Source of the DNA: Clostridia bacterium
Lineage (GTDB): Bacteria; Bacillota; Clostridia; Christensenellales; UBA1242
Reading direction: 5' to 3'
NCBI GenBank assembly: GCA_016290255.1
Contig: JAEETG010000113.1
Coordinates: forward strand, 1-25,377
Length of the DNA: 25,377 nt
Both the position numbers and the translations under genes were made by a program. Shown in pieces: positions 8,847 through 17,488 of this stretch (its first letter is position 1; each line of letters starts with the position of its first letter). Under the pieces are notes generated by a model, which saw nothing but the letters and a program-made list of their open reading frames with translations, ran no database searches and was not told the origin of the DNA.

Positions 8847-9004
8847 GCTATTTCACCTTCAAGCAGGAGCAAAACTATGTTTTGCTGTTTTGCTGAAACA
8901 AAACACTTGAACCTTTTTTGGTTCACCCTCTGTCGGGCTCCCGGCTTTGGCTAAAAACAGCCACACTGGGCTGTTTTCTTAACGCGTCTCCCCTGCTTTG
9001 CGGG
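8847..9004. other. tRNA-derived structured element with split T-arm copies and REP-like hairpins
   Basis: 8859-8868 and 8905-8914 are each 10/10 reverse complements of tRNA-Asn 8799-8808 and 8790-8799. 9-bp hairpin AAAACAGCC/GGCTGTTTT at 8954-8977. Degenerate tRNA 3' end CCTGCTTTGCGGGGCCA at 8992-9008. Confidence 0.75.
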
Positions 9005-9039
9005 GCCAATAAAAGCCTTTTTAAAGGCTTTTTTTGTTT
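9005..9039. repeat. Copy 2 of the 35-bp repeat; likely terminator for the convergent 547-aa gene
   Basis: Identical to 8812-8846; hairpin AAAAGCCTTT/AAAGGCTTTT. Confidence 0.95.
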
Positions 9040-9056
9040 TTAATAAAAAAAGAGAG

Positions 9057-10700
9057 TTACATCTCTCTTTTTTCACTTTTTGATTTATAACTTATAGCAG
9101 CCTCATCTCTTTTATCTCTAGACATTCGAATTCTTGCTTCTCTAAACTCATTTTGAATTTTTTTCATGGTTGAAAGTTCAAGCATTTCATTTGTTGTTAA
9201 ATGTGCAATAGGTTCAATAACCTGCCCTGGAACAAACCTCGAATCCTTTGTTCCAAGCAAAGTAATCCCTCCGTCATAATCATAAATATATAGACCATGT
9301 TGAGTTGAGTTTCTAAACCTTGCAACAATTGTTTTCACACGTTCTTCGTCAACCTTACCTTTATCTGTTAAAAATTTCTTTGGCAAATCTTCCAAAACAA
9401 TTGGGTCATCTTTAAATATGTTATCTAAAACATCTTTAACTATGTCATCATTGTGATCAGCAGTAAAAATTTGATATAACATATTTGAAACAATTGTTGT
9501 ACTCAACCCGGTTTCCATATTCAAAATCGCACGATTTTTATTTTCCTGATCGTTTACAAAATGCCCCCACAATTCGCCAAAACCACAATCCATATATTTT
9601 GCGCAATATGAGCAAAATTGCAACATTAAAAATTTTTCTTCAATAAGATAATCATGATTATATTCTTTTTGTTTTGCAAATTCGCCACATTGTTTGGCAT
9701 TAATGCCAAGTTTCCCATCAAATTTTTCATCTGTCTTTTCATACATTTTCATTTTTCTATGATAATTCATATGATAGTTTATGTCTGCTTTTTCCACAAC
9801 ATTTTTTGTTTCAGTTGCTTTTTGCAGTTCTTTTTTGAGGCTATTTACCGTTTTTTTGTCGCCTTTTTCTTCTGCAATTTTAATTTCTTCTTCGATTTTT
9901 AAAATTTTATCATCAAAACTTTCAATTATTGCTGAGCTATTTTCATCAAAACATTTAAGTTCAATAAAACCAATTATTGTATGAAGCAAACTGTTTGGGA
10001 TTAACATTTCATAATAACCAAAATTCTTATTTTTTGCGTCTTCCTGCGTTTTTGCATATTTACACGTCATCTCAACAAAAAAATCTGATCGCAAAATATA
10101 TCTAAGATCCATATGCTCTGGCTCATGGGAACCATTCTTATTAATAAAGTCATTGTCTTCATCATTATGAGCAATTGCATTTCTCATATCTTTGCAAAAC
10201 CCAAAAACTGTTGCGTGATTCATAAAATAATCATACGCCATTTCATTGTTTTCTTCTGTGATACCAAATTGCTCTAAAATGAATTGTGCAAAAGATATTT
10301 GTTCACCATTTATTTCAGTCCATAATAACTCACTCAGTTTTTTGTCTTTAATTTCTGGTGGCGTAAACTCAAGTTTTGTTTCAGTAAGATTGAAAAGTTC
10401 TTCTAAAATTCCACTTTCAATTAGCCTTAAATCCGAAACAAGCCATGCACGAAATTGTTTCATCTCACTTTCAGGCATACTATTAATATAGTCTTCTGCA
10501 TATTTCTGCTTTTCAGAATGAGAAAGAGTGTCAACATCTGTGATATAATCTTTTAAGTTGTTCATTATGTGACTTTTTATATAACAAGTTAAAAAGCTTT
10601 GTTCATTGTTGCCATGAAATAATCCTAGTGCAACCAAAATTCTTGCTTCCGCACTTATTATTTCTCTTGATGAAATATATCTTAAATCATTATTAGCCAT
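9057..10700 (-). CDS. Hypothetical 547-aa protein with two HEPN-type RNxxxH motifs (candidate RNase)
   Basis: MRNAIAHND (R173-H178) and FRNSTQHG (R463-H468). SD AGGTG overlaps the tmk stop codon. Confidence 0.6.
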   Translation of the reverse strand: MANNDLRYISSREIISAEARILVALGLFHGNNEQSFLTCYIKSHIMNNLKDYITDVDTLSHSEKQKYAEDYINSMPESEMKQFRAWLVSDLRLIESGILEELFNLTETKLEFTPPEIKDKKLSELLWTEINGEQISFAQFILEQFGITEENNEMAYDYFMNHATVFGFCKDMRNAIAHNDEDNDFINKNGSHEPEHMDLRYILRSDFFVEMTCKYAKTQEDAKNKNFGYYEMLIPNSLLHTIIGFIELKCFDENSSAIIESFDDKILKIEEEIKIAEEKGDKKTVNSLKKELQKATETKNVVEKADINYHMNYHRKMKMYEKTDEKFDGKLGINAKQCGEFAKQKEYNHDYLIEEKFLMLQFCSYCAKYMDCGFGELWGHFVNDQENKNRAILNMETGLSTTIVSNMLYQIFTADHNDDIVKDVLDNIFKDDPIVLEDLPKKFLTDKGKVDEERVKTIVARFRNSTQHGLYIYDYDGGITLLGTKDSRFVPGQVIEPIAHLTTNEMLELSTMKKIQNEFREARIRMSRDKRDEAAISYKSKSEKREM

Positions 10701-10709
10701 TTAAATCAC

Positions 10710-11324
10710 CTATATAATCTTTTTATTTTTTAAAACCAACACAACTTGATTTAACAAATCCTTTTCAGATTTTGTTGCGTCTAGCACAACAAAACGTTTG
10801 TCTATTTGAGCAAGAAGTTTGAAACTTTTTCTAACATTTTGGTGGTATGAAAAATCTTTGTTTTCAATTCTATCACCTTTGTCTTTTCCGCCCTTTCTCT
10901 CAAATGCAAACTGAGGGTCTATGTCCAAGAAAAAGGTCACATCTGGAACCAAACCATTGGTGGCGAAATTGGTGATATTCATCACAACTTCATCAGCAAT
11001 GTTTGCACAATATCCTTGATAGACTCTGGTGCTGTCAAAATATCTGTCGCAAATTACCACTTTCCCGTTTTTTAGAGCAGGCAAAATCACATCATGCGTT
11101 AGTTGTGCCCTGCTCGCAGAAAACAGCAAAAGTTCAGTTTGTGGTGTTAGTTCCTCTTTTGAGTATTTCACAATTTCTCTTATTTTCTCGCAAACATCAA
11201 GCCCACCCGGCTCACGAGTGGCAATGTAATCAACACCATTTTCATCAAAATAATTTGCAAGATTTTTAATTAGAGTGCTTTTTCCAGAGCCTTCTCCGCC
11301 CTCAAATGTTATAAACTTTTGCAT
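10710..11324 (-). CDS. tmk: Thymidylate kinase
   Basis: FITFEGGEGSGKST, TREPGG, ELLLFSASRAQ, VICDRYFDS, PDVTFFLD. Confidence 0.97.
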   Translation of the reverse strand: MQKFITFEGGEGSGKSTLIKNLANYFDENGVDYIATREPGGLDVCEKIREIVKYSKEELTPQTELLLFSASRAQLTHDVILPALKNGKVVICDRYFDSTRVYQGYCANIADEVVMNITNFATNGLVPDVTFFLDIDPQFAFERKGGKDKGDRIENKDFSYHQNVRKSFKLLAQIDKRFVVLDATKSEKDLLNQVVLVLKNKKII

Positions 11325-11371
11325 ATTTCCCACCTTTGGAACTCATTATAACACAAAAATATAAAAATAAA

Positions 11372-11404
11372 AACAAAAACTAGGTGGATTACCTAGTTTT
11401 TGTT
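11372..11404 (-). terminator. Terminator of the Sel1 gene
   Basis: 14-bp inverted repeat AACAAAAACTAGGT-ggatt-ACCTAGTTTTTGTT. Confidence 0.85.
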
Positions 11405-11406
11405 AA

Positions 11407-12804
11407 TTATTTGCCTTCTGTTTCATCCTTTTTTTCTTCTTTTTTAGCTTCTTCTTTCTTTACTTCTGGCTTTTTCTCTTCTTTTTTTTCTTTTGATTTT
11501 GTCTTTTTCACAACAGTTGGCTTTTTCTCTTCTTTTTTGCTTTCTTTCTTTTCGTCTGCTTTCTTAGATTTCTTTGCTTTCTTTTCTTCTTTCTTTCCGT
11601 CTTTTTTCTCTGCTTTAACTTCCTTTGTTTCCGCACCAAAAACTTCATCGGCAGAAATTTCTTTTGTTTCTTCTTTCTTGCTTTCATCAATCACAGAAAC
11701 ACTTGCTTCTTTTGCTTCTGATTTTTCTTTCGCTTTTATTGATTTTGGTTTTTGTTCCAATAAAATTACTTGTTTTGGAGCTTCAATCTTTTCAATTCTC
11801 ACTTGGTCAAGTGTTTTCCCCTCAAAGTAAACGGCATAAAGTTCTTTGCTGCGTTCATCGCCGCACTCAATACCTTTTTTGAGATAATATTTTGCTTTTT
11901 CATTGTCTGAACCAACATAAGCAAATCCAAGTTCTGCATAAAGGTCATATCTTCCATTTTTTGCTGCAACATCAAGGTATGCAAAAGCAAGTCTGCTTTC
12001 AAGACTGTTAAAGTCGATTTCCTCATAACCTTCAAACATGTTCATAATTCTGTGTGAGTTTATGTTTGCTCCACCAACTGAAGCTAGTGCGTCAACATCA
12101 AAACAGTTCATTCTGTGATATTCTCCCCACCACAAATAGTCGATTGCATAGTTGTGAAGTTCGTTGATTGTTTTTGGCTCAAACTGAATTTTGCTGTAAT
12201 TTATCTTTTGTTCTTTAATCATTGATGTTAGTTTGTCGCCTGTTGCATCTTTAATGTTTTCTTTTGTGAGTTTTGCAATTTCTTCACTGTAATAATTCTT
12301 TAACATTTCTTTGGCAACCTTGTCTCCATTGTAGGCAGAAAGGTTAACAAACAAATATGCTTTTTCATCATCTTTCTTAACGCCAACACCATAGAGATAG
12401 CACATTCCCAAAAATAGCTCTTGCTCTTTTGTTTGGCTCTTAAGTTCGGCTTTCAAAACCTTTTTGAATTGTTCTTGTTTGTTTATTGTTTCTTTACATT
12501 TTGGACAAATGATGTCTTTGGTGAGTTTTTGCTCTTGAACCAAAAAGCTCTTTTGACATTTGTCACATTCAAACTTGATTGAACAATAAATTGGTTCCAA
12601 AATGAGCTCATCTTTTTTTGGCTCCAATGGTTTCTTTTCTTCCTTTGTTTCTTTGTTAGCTGTCTTTTCTTTTTTTGTTCTTTTGTCTTTTATGACAACA
12701 ACTGTTTTTCCAGGTTCTCTTTTTATTAGAGATAGAAGTAATATAACAAGTGTTACAACTGATGCTCCAAAAACTGAGAACAATACGATTAAACTTGTTT
12801 CCAT
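11407..12804 (-). CDS. Membrane-anchored zinc-ribbon and Sel1-like repeat protein with Lys/Glu-rich tail, 465 aa
   Basis: N-terminal TM; CDKC...CPKC; LGMCYLYGVGVKKDDEKA; ELGFAY...KAKYYLKKGIECGD. Start METS behind SD AAGGAG. Confidence 0.8.
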   Translation of the reverse strand: METSLIVLFSVFGASVVTLVILLLSLIKREPGKTVVVIKDKRTKKEKTANKETKEEKKPLEPKKDELILEPIYCSIKFECDKCQKSFLVQEQKLTKDIICPKCKETINKQEQFKKVLKAELKSQTKEQELFLGMCYLYGVGVKKDDEKAYLFVNLSAYNGDKVAKEMLKNYYSEEIAKLTKENIKDATGDKLTSMIKEQKINYSKIQFEPKTINELHNYAIDYLWWGEYHRMNCFDVDALASVGGANINSHRIMNMFEGYEEIDFNSLESRLAFAYLDVAAKNGRYDLYAELGFAYVGSDNEKAKYYLKKGIECGDERSKELYAVYFEGKTLDQVRIEKIEAPKQVILLEQKPKSIKAKEKSEAKEASVSVIDESKKEETKEISADEVFGAETKEVKAEKKDGKKEEKKAKKSKKADEKKESKKEEKKPTVVKKTKSKEKKEEKKPEVKKEEAKKEEKKDETEGK

Positions 12805-12974
12805 ATAAAAACTCCTTTTAAAGTTTTCTACGGTTATATTATAGCACAACAATACAAACTTTTCAATACCCAAATTAAAAATTCCCCAAAACACAAAAAA
12901 AGCACCAATTAAAGTGCTCTTTTGCTATTTTATCACTTTTTTATTATTTAGCCTCAACCACGCCATCTTCTTTT

Positions 12975-13799
12975 TTAGAAAACTTTTTTATCAACATTTT
13001 TGTTATATTTTTTGGAAAGAATTTCTTCCCTTTTATCTTTGTTTTTTTGTTCCTCGTCCCTCTTGTAAGCGTCAGTTTTTTTAGTAAATATTTTTTTCTG
13101 TTCATCTATGTTTGCAAAAAATTCACTGCCATATTTTTCTTTTAATTCTGTTACAGACATTTGGTTTACGTCTTCTTTTAACTCTAATATAGTTTCCATA
13201 ATAAGTTTTGGCTCAATTTTTGGATCAGTGATTTTTCTGTAATGCACTTCGGCCATTGAGTTAACAACTTCTTCATAAATATATGTTTTTGCCTCTTGAT
13301 CCATATATCTAAGAAGAATTTGTGAAGTTTTGTCTAGATTTTTGCCATCTTGGCTTGCAACAGCATCTATAATTTCATCAGTCCAATGTTTGCCCGTGTC
13401 AATAGTTTCTGGATCATAAAGAGATATGTCACCTTTGTTGTATTTGAACGCAGTGCCAGATAATAAATATTGACCAGGAATTCCATATGCATCACCACAT
13501 CCCACCATGCCATTTGTGTGGTAAAATTTTATTGTGCCATTTTCATCAAAATTATAATATAATGCATTTTTCAAATCACCAACAATCAAAGTATAGTAAA
13601 CAACATCGCGTTCGGGCCTATTTTCAACACTATTTTTAACCTTCTTGAATGTTTCTCGATCTTCCAAACTATCATCATACTTTTTGTAAACCTTCTTAAA
13701 ATCGCACATCCTTTTCATATTAATTTTTCCAATCAAAAAGATATCGTGCTCACTTAAAAATGGATATTTCTTTTTTATGCTAATTTCGTTTTCAAACAT
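12975..13799 (-). CDS. Hypothetical protein, 274 aa
   Basis: ORF with SD GGGGGG and its own TGTGTTATAAT -10; no family recognised. Confidence 0.75.
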   Translation of the reverse strand: MFENEISIKKKYPFLSEHDIFLIGKINMKRMCDFKKVYKKYDDSLEDRETFKKVKNSVENRPERDVVYYTLIVGDLKNALYYNFDENGTIKFYHTNGMVGCGDAYGIPGQYLLSGTAFKYNKGDISLYDPETIDTGKHWTDEIIDAVASQDGKNLDKTSQILLRYMDQEAKTYIYEEVVNSMAEVHYRKITDPKIEPKLIMETILELKEDVNQMSVTELKEKYGSEFFANIDEQKKIFTKKTDAYKRDEEQKNKDKREEILSKKYNKNVDKKVF

Positions 13800-13901
13800 T
13801 TCTCAATCCCCCCACAACTTTCTATGTTGATTATAACACAAAACCAACAAATAATCAATAAGCTTTTATAAATATAAATAAAAACAGCCAAAGGGCTGCT
13901 T

Positions 13902-14345
13902 TTATTCAACTTCAACAATTCCACCATCTTTGATGGTTATTGTCATGTCATCTTTCACATATTCCAAAAATTCATCACCAAGGTTGTCAACAACTGGCAT
14001 TGAAACATCATCAAGCCAAACACTGGCAAGAATTGAACCAGCTGCAGCCAAAGAGTCGATTGGTTTTGAAAAAAGCATGCAAGCAGGTTGCCTTTTCATT
14101 GAACAAGCACAATACAAAACAAGCCCACCTGTTGTTGATCCAATTGTTTGAGGGAGGCACAAAGCCTTTCCTGCCATTTGTTTGCCAAAAAGGTCTTTGT
14201 TGTTTTGGTCGCCACAAGTTGCTTTTTTGTCGCCAAACTGAAGTGCTTTTTGAAATGATGCCAAAGTGTTTAGCCCGCCGTGGCTAACAAGTGCTTTTGC
14301 GCTCACTGTTCCAGGAGCGATAACTCTTCCTTTAAATGTTTTCAT
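13902..14345 (-). CDS. Aconitase X swivel (small) subunit, DUF126
   Basis: FKGRVIAPGTVSAKALVS, GKALCLPQTIGSTTGG, PVVD; TAATG overlap with the large subunit. Confidence 0.9.
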   Translation of the reverse strand: MKTFKGRVIAPGTVSAKALVSHGGLNTLASFQKALQFGDKKATCGDQNNKDLFGKQMAGKALCLPQTIGSTTGGLVLYCACSMKRQPACMLFSKPIDSLAAAGSILASVWLDDVSMPVVDNLGDEFLEYVKDDMTITIKDGGIVEVE

Positions 14346-15628
14346 TATGCCTTTCCTCCTTTTGTGATTTGACTTAAGATTTCATCATCGGTGTAGTATC
14401 TTGCAGTTGTGTAGGTTCTAAGTTTATTTGATGATGTGATAACAGGCATTTTGCCACATAGTGGGTTGTTCATATACATAAGTGGGCAAATTGATGAAAC
14501 AATAACTCCCATTTCTTTAAGGCGTGAGGCATATCCAGTTTTTTCAAACTCTTTCACAACGCCAGGAGATGCTGTGAACACAGTTTTGATATACACTTTC
14601 TTTCTGTTAACGCTATTTAGTGCTGTGTCTAGTTTTTTGGTCCAAGAAATTAGTTGTTCAAGTGACATATGTGGGCAACCCATGAAACAAAGTTTTGGTT
14701 TTGCGTTTGGATTTTTCCAAACAACTGGATAACTCTTTTTAACCCTTTCAAGTTCTGCATCATCAATAACATATTCTTTTGCACCCTTTTCAATAAGGTC
14801 TTTTCCAAGTTCTTTTGCCTCAGGGGTTAGTTTGTCGATGTGATAAAGTCCAACTGCTCCGTTTGATGCAGTTGCTGCACCAAAATCTTTTAGATATGAA
14901 CAGGTTTCATCATCAAGTTTTTTGCCAAGCCACTTATCAAGCCCAACAACATATGGAACATCTTCCATAACCTTCATTCCAATTGCTGAACCCAAAAGTT
15001 GTGCTTCTGGTTTTTTTGTGGTGTTAACTTTCACGACCCATTTTGCCTTTCTTCCCTCATCGGTCAAAAGTCCAAAATATGGAACATATCCAACAACAGA
15101 ACCCATGAGGTCCATAATTCCTGAGTTACGGTTGCATCTTGCGCCCAAAACTGAGTTTGCATAAACAACAGCAGAAGATTCAGACCAACTCAAAACCTCA
15201 CCCTTTTTTGGTGTGTTTCCAACTTCAGGCATGTAGGCCGTGCAAGTGAAGGCATCTTCGTTCATGAGTCCCAACTCTTTTAGTTGCTTTTCATAGAAAT
15301 CTTGCTTTGAATACATAAACTTGTTGAAAATAAGTTTTTGCAAAAAGTTTGCTGGAACATTTTTGTCTAGTGGTCTTGGGTCCACAGAAAATTGTTGGCC
15401 AGATTTTGCTCCATCTTCCAAAAGCTTATTTAACAGGTTGTAAACAGGCCCTAAAGCCTTTAGCCCAAATGCTGTTACGAGGTGGTTGTATTTTGATGTC
15501 ACTTTCACCAATTTTTTTGCACCAAATGTTTCTCCATACATAATCAGAGTTTTCAAAACTCTCTTTTTTGTGTCGCCGTGTTTTCCGTCCAGAATTTCTT
15601 GTTGTTCTTTTGTTAATTTTATTGCCAT
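14345..15628 (-). CDS. Aconitase X catalytic (large) subunit, DUF521
   Basis: LTKEQQEILDG, TCTAY, WSESSAVVYANSVLGARCNR, GCPH, SICP. Start MAIKL behind SD GGGGAGG. Confidence 0.9.
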   Translation of the reverse strand: MAIKLTKEQQEILDGKHGDTKKRVLKTLIMYGETFGAKKLVKVTSKYNHLVTAFGLKALGPVYNLLNKLLEDGAKSGQQFSVDPRPLDKNVPANFLQKLIFNKFMYSKQDFYEKQLKELGLMNEDAFTCTAYMPEVGNTPKKGEVLSWSESSAVVYANSVLGARCNRNSGIMDLMGSVVGYVPYFGLLTDEGRKAKWVVKVNTTKKPEAQLLGSAIGMKVMEDVPYVVGLDKWLGKKLDDETCSYLKDFGAATASNGAVGLYHIDKLTPEAKELGKDLIEKGAKEYVIDDAELERVKKSYPVVWKNPNAKPKLCFMGCPHMSLEQLISWTKKLDTALNSVNRKKVYIKTVFTASPGVVKEFEKTGYASRLKEMGVIVSSICPLMYMNNPLCGKMPVITSSNKLRTYTTARYYTDDEILSQITKGGKA

Positions 15629-15666
15629 GTTTTCCTCCCCTTTCTTGGCTTTTTTCATCTGATTTC

Positions 15667-15695
15667 ATTTTACATATTATTGCGTTTTTAGTCAA
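15667..15695 (-). promoter_or_regulatory. Promoter of the aconitase X operon
   Basis: Minus strand TTGACT-17 nt-TAAAAT with TG extension. Confidence 0.75.
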
Positions 15696-15736
15696 ATAAA
15701 ATAGCAAAAAAATGTGTTTTTTTATAAAATATGGTA

Positions 15737-15765
15737 TTGACAACTTCAATTTTTCATATTATAAT
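15737..15765 (+). promoter_or_regulatory. Perfect consensus sigma-A promoter
   Basis: TTGACA-17 nt-TATAAT upstream of ATG 15791. Confidence 0.85.
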
Positions 15766-15790
15766 TTTTGTGAAAAAAGGAAACGGAAAA

Positions 15791-16294
15791 ATGGAACAAA
15801 AAAAAGACTCAGCAAAAGAAAAAGAATTGCAGCAATTTATTAACTTTTATAATGAAAAAAAAGAAGCAGACATTGCTTTTTATGAAATGTATAACTTCAC
15901 GGGAATAGACGCAGGCTATGAAGAAAAAATAAAAGACAACGCGTTAAACCAAACAATTGGTTACATTGAAGATTATTATGATGTTCACACCGCCGCATTT
16001 GCTGCTTCCACCGCAGCATCTTTGGGTGTGGGATCTTTGGCTGCAGCTGGCAGTGTTTGTGCTCTCAACGAAATTGTTTCAGATGCCGCGTGTGTTGGAA
16101 TATCTGTTGGTGTTGGCATTGGAGCCACAATTCTAACAGAGCTCGCAATCCACAAACAAAACAAAAAAATCCGCGAATATGACAAAAAAGCAAAATGTGC
16201 CGCAGAGATGACACAAAAACTAAGAGAATATCGAAGAGAAGACAAAAACGATGTTATTTTGATTAACTCAACAAACAAAGAACTAACCAGATAA
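15791..16294 (+). CDS. Hypothetical protein with a Gly/Ala-rich hydrophobic hairpin and charged flanks, 167 aa
   Basis: AAFAASTAASLGVGSLAAAG...GISVGVGIGATIL; the promoter at 15737-15765 rules out the upstream start in the ORF track. Confidence 0.75.
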   Translation: MEQKKDSAKEKELQQFINFYNEKKEADIAFYEMYNFTGIDAGYEEKIKDNALNQTIGYIEDYYDVHTAAFAASTAASLGVGSLAAAGSVCALNEIVSDAACVGISVGVGIGATILTELAIHKQNKKIREYDKKAKCAAEMTQKLREYRREDKNDVILINSTNKELTR

Positions 16295-16321
16295 AAAACA
16301 GTGGGAAATCCACTGTTTTTT
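16293..16321. terminator. Bidirectional terminator
   Basis: AAAAAACAGTGG-gaaat-CCACTGTTTTTT. Confidence 0.9.
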
Positions 16322-16326
16322 GTTAT

Positions 16327-17472
16327 TTATATCATTTTTTCAACTATTGCCCTACAACTTTTTGAAGCGGACAGTTCTTTTTTTATGTAGTCCAACCCCT
16401 TTTTGTAGTTTTGTTCTGCCTCAGCCCAATAAGCATCTGTTTTTTCTCTTTCCAGCAAGTCACTGTCTTGATTTAAGTGTTTTTCCTTAATTGAATCCAT
16501 AATGCAAAATTCTTCTTTCATGCTATTAAACAATTGTTTTGCTTTTCCATTTTGGTAAAACTCACAAACAGATTTAAAAAATTGTGAAATTTCTGTTTTA
16601 GGGTTGTTGATTTCCTCAATATCTTTTTCACTTAGTTTTATATGGCAGTTCACTTGCAAAGGGTAATCCATGATTGGTGCATCAATTCCAAATCGCTCAC
16701 ACATTCCATTATCATACATTGGGGCAATGCGTGCTGTTTTTTGCTTTTTATCATATATGATGCTAATGTTTCCAGCATGCCTATCAAATTGTTTTGTGAT
16801 TGCATCAATGATTGCCATTTGCTGAAGTTTAAACCTTGTGTCACTAGACACAGTTAAACCATTTTCTGTTGCAAACATTTGAATTCTTCTTTCACACTCA
16901 TCAATGTTCAAAGCATTTTCTGTTCTTGTTTTTTCTTTTATTTCTTCCAAATATTTTTTATTCTTTTCAATAAAGGTGTTGTCAAACGGCATCAAAAGTT
17001 TGCTTTTCATTTTGTGTTTATATAGCAAACTGTGAGCAACAACATGAAGATCTTTAAATTTGAAAAGAAATGTTATTGGGCAAGCACGAGCAAAAACAAC
17101 CATCATTTGAAAATATAACTCTTTTGGATAATCTTTCATCACCTCTTTGTCACGAATTTCACTAAGAGTTATTGCCTCTTCTTTTTCAGACAAAAAACTT
17201 TTTGACATAATCCCTCTTCTTTCATGACCTTTTTGTTCATTGATGGCATAGCCGCACTCAACACAGTCAACGCCAAGTTCTTTGCAAAGTTTGGAAACCA
17301 CAATTTCGCCAACCAATTCTCCAGTGTCTTGCTGTGCGTGTTTTGGATATTTGAAAAAATATTGCTTATGAAATAACCAATATGACGGATTATATGAAAC
17401 ATATTTTGGAATTTTAACTTTTTTAAACACATATGGCTGTTTTAAGTCAAACAATATTTCTTTCTTTTTCAT
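16327..17472 (-). CDS. HipA/CtkA-like (PI3K-like fold) protein kinase, 381 aa
   Basis: YFFKY, GELVGEIVVSKL, GIMSKSF, FDRHAGN, IAPMYDNG. Start MKKKE behind SD GGAG. Confidence 0.8.
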   Translation of the reverse strand: MKKKEILFDLKQPYVFKKVKIPKYVSYNPSYWLFHKQYFFKYPKHAQQDTGELVGEIVVSKLCKELGVDCVECGYAINEQKGHERRGIMSKSFLSEKEEAITLSEIRDKEVMKDYPKELYFQMMVVFARACPITFLFKFKDLHVVAHSLLYKHKMKSKLLMPFDNTFIEKNKKYLEEIKEKTRTENALNIDECERRIQMFATENGLTVSSDTRFKLQQMAIIDAITKQFDRHAGNISIIYDKKQKTARIAPMYDNGMCERFGIDAPIMDYPLQVNCHIKLSEKDIEEINNPKTEISQFFKSVCEFYQNGKAKQLFNSMKEEFCIMDSIKEKHLNQDSDLLEREKTDAYWAEAEQNYKKGLDYIKKELSASKSCRAIVEKMI

Positions 17473-17488
17473 CTTTCGCTCCAAAAAG

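Noticed and set aside
8812-9039. CRISPR mini-array next to the dual-HEPN gene
   Set aside because: Only two repeat copies, a 158-bp spacer, and the repeat is the tRNA CCA end plus its terminator. No cas1/cas2 is present.
9057-10700. Direct Cas13 annotation
   Set aside because: Two RxxxxH motifs alone are insufficient. There is no array and no structural comparison, so it is kept as a candidate only.
11384-11830. Hydrophobic plus-strand ORFs (also 7840-8193, 12602-12808, 17570-17758, 22627-22884)
   Set aside because: Antisense shadows of Lys/Glu-rich minus-strand genes; they look membrane-like only because of complementary codons.
15791-17472. HipBA-type toxin-antitoxin pair
   Set aside because: The genes are convergent with separate promoters, and the small protein has no HTH.
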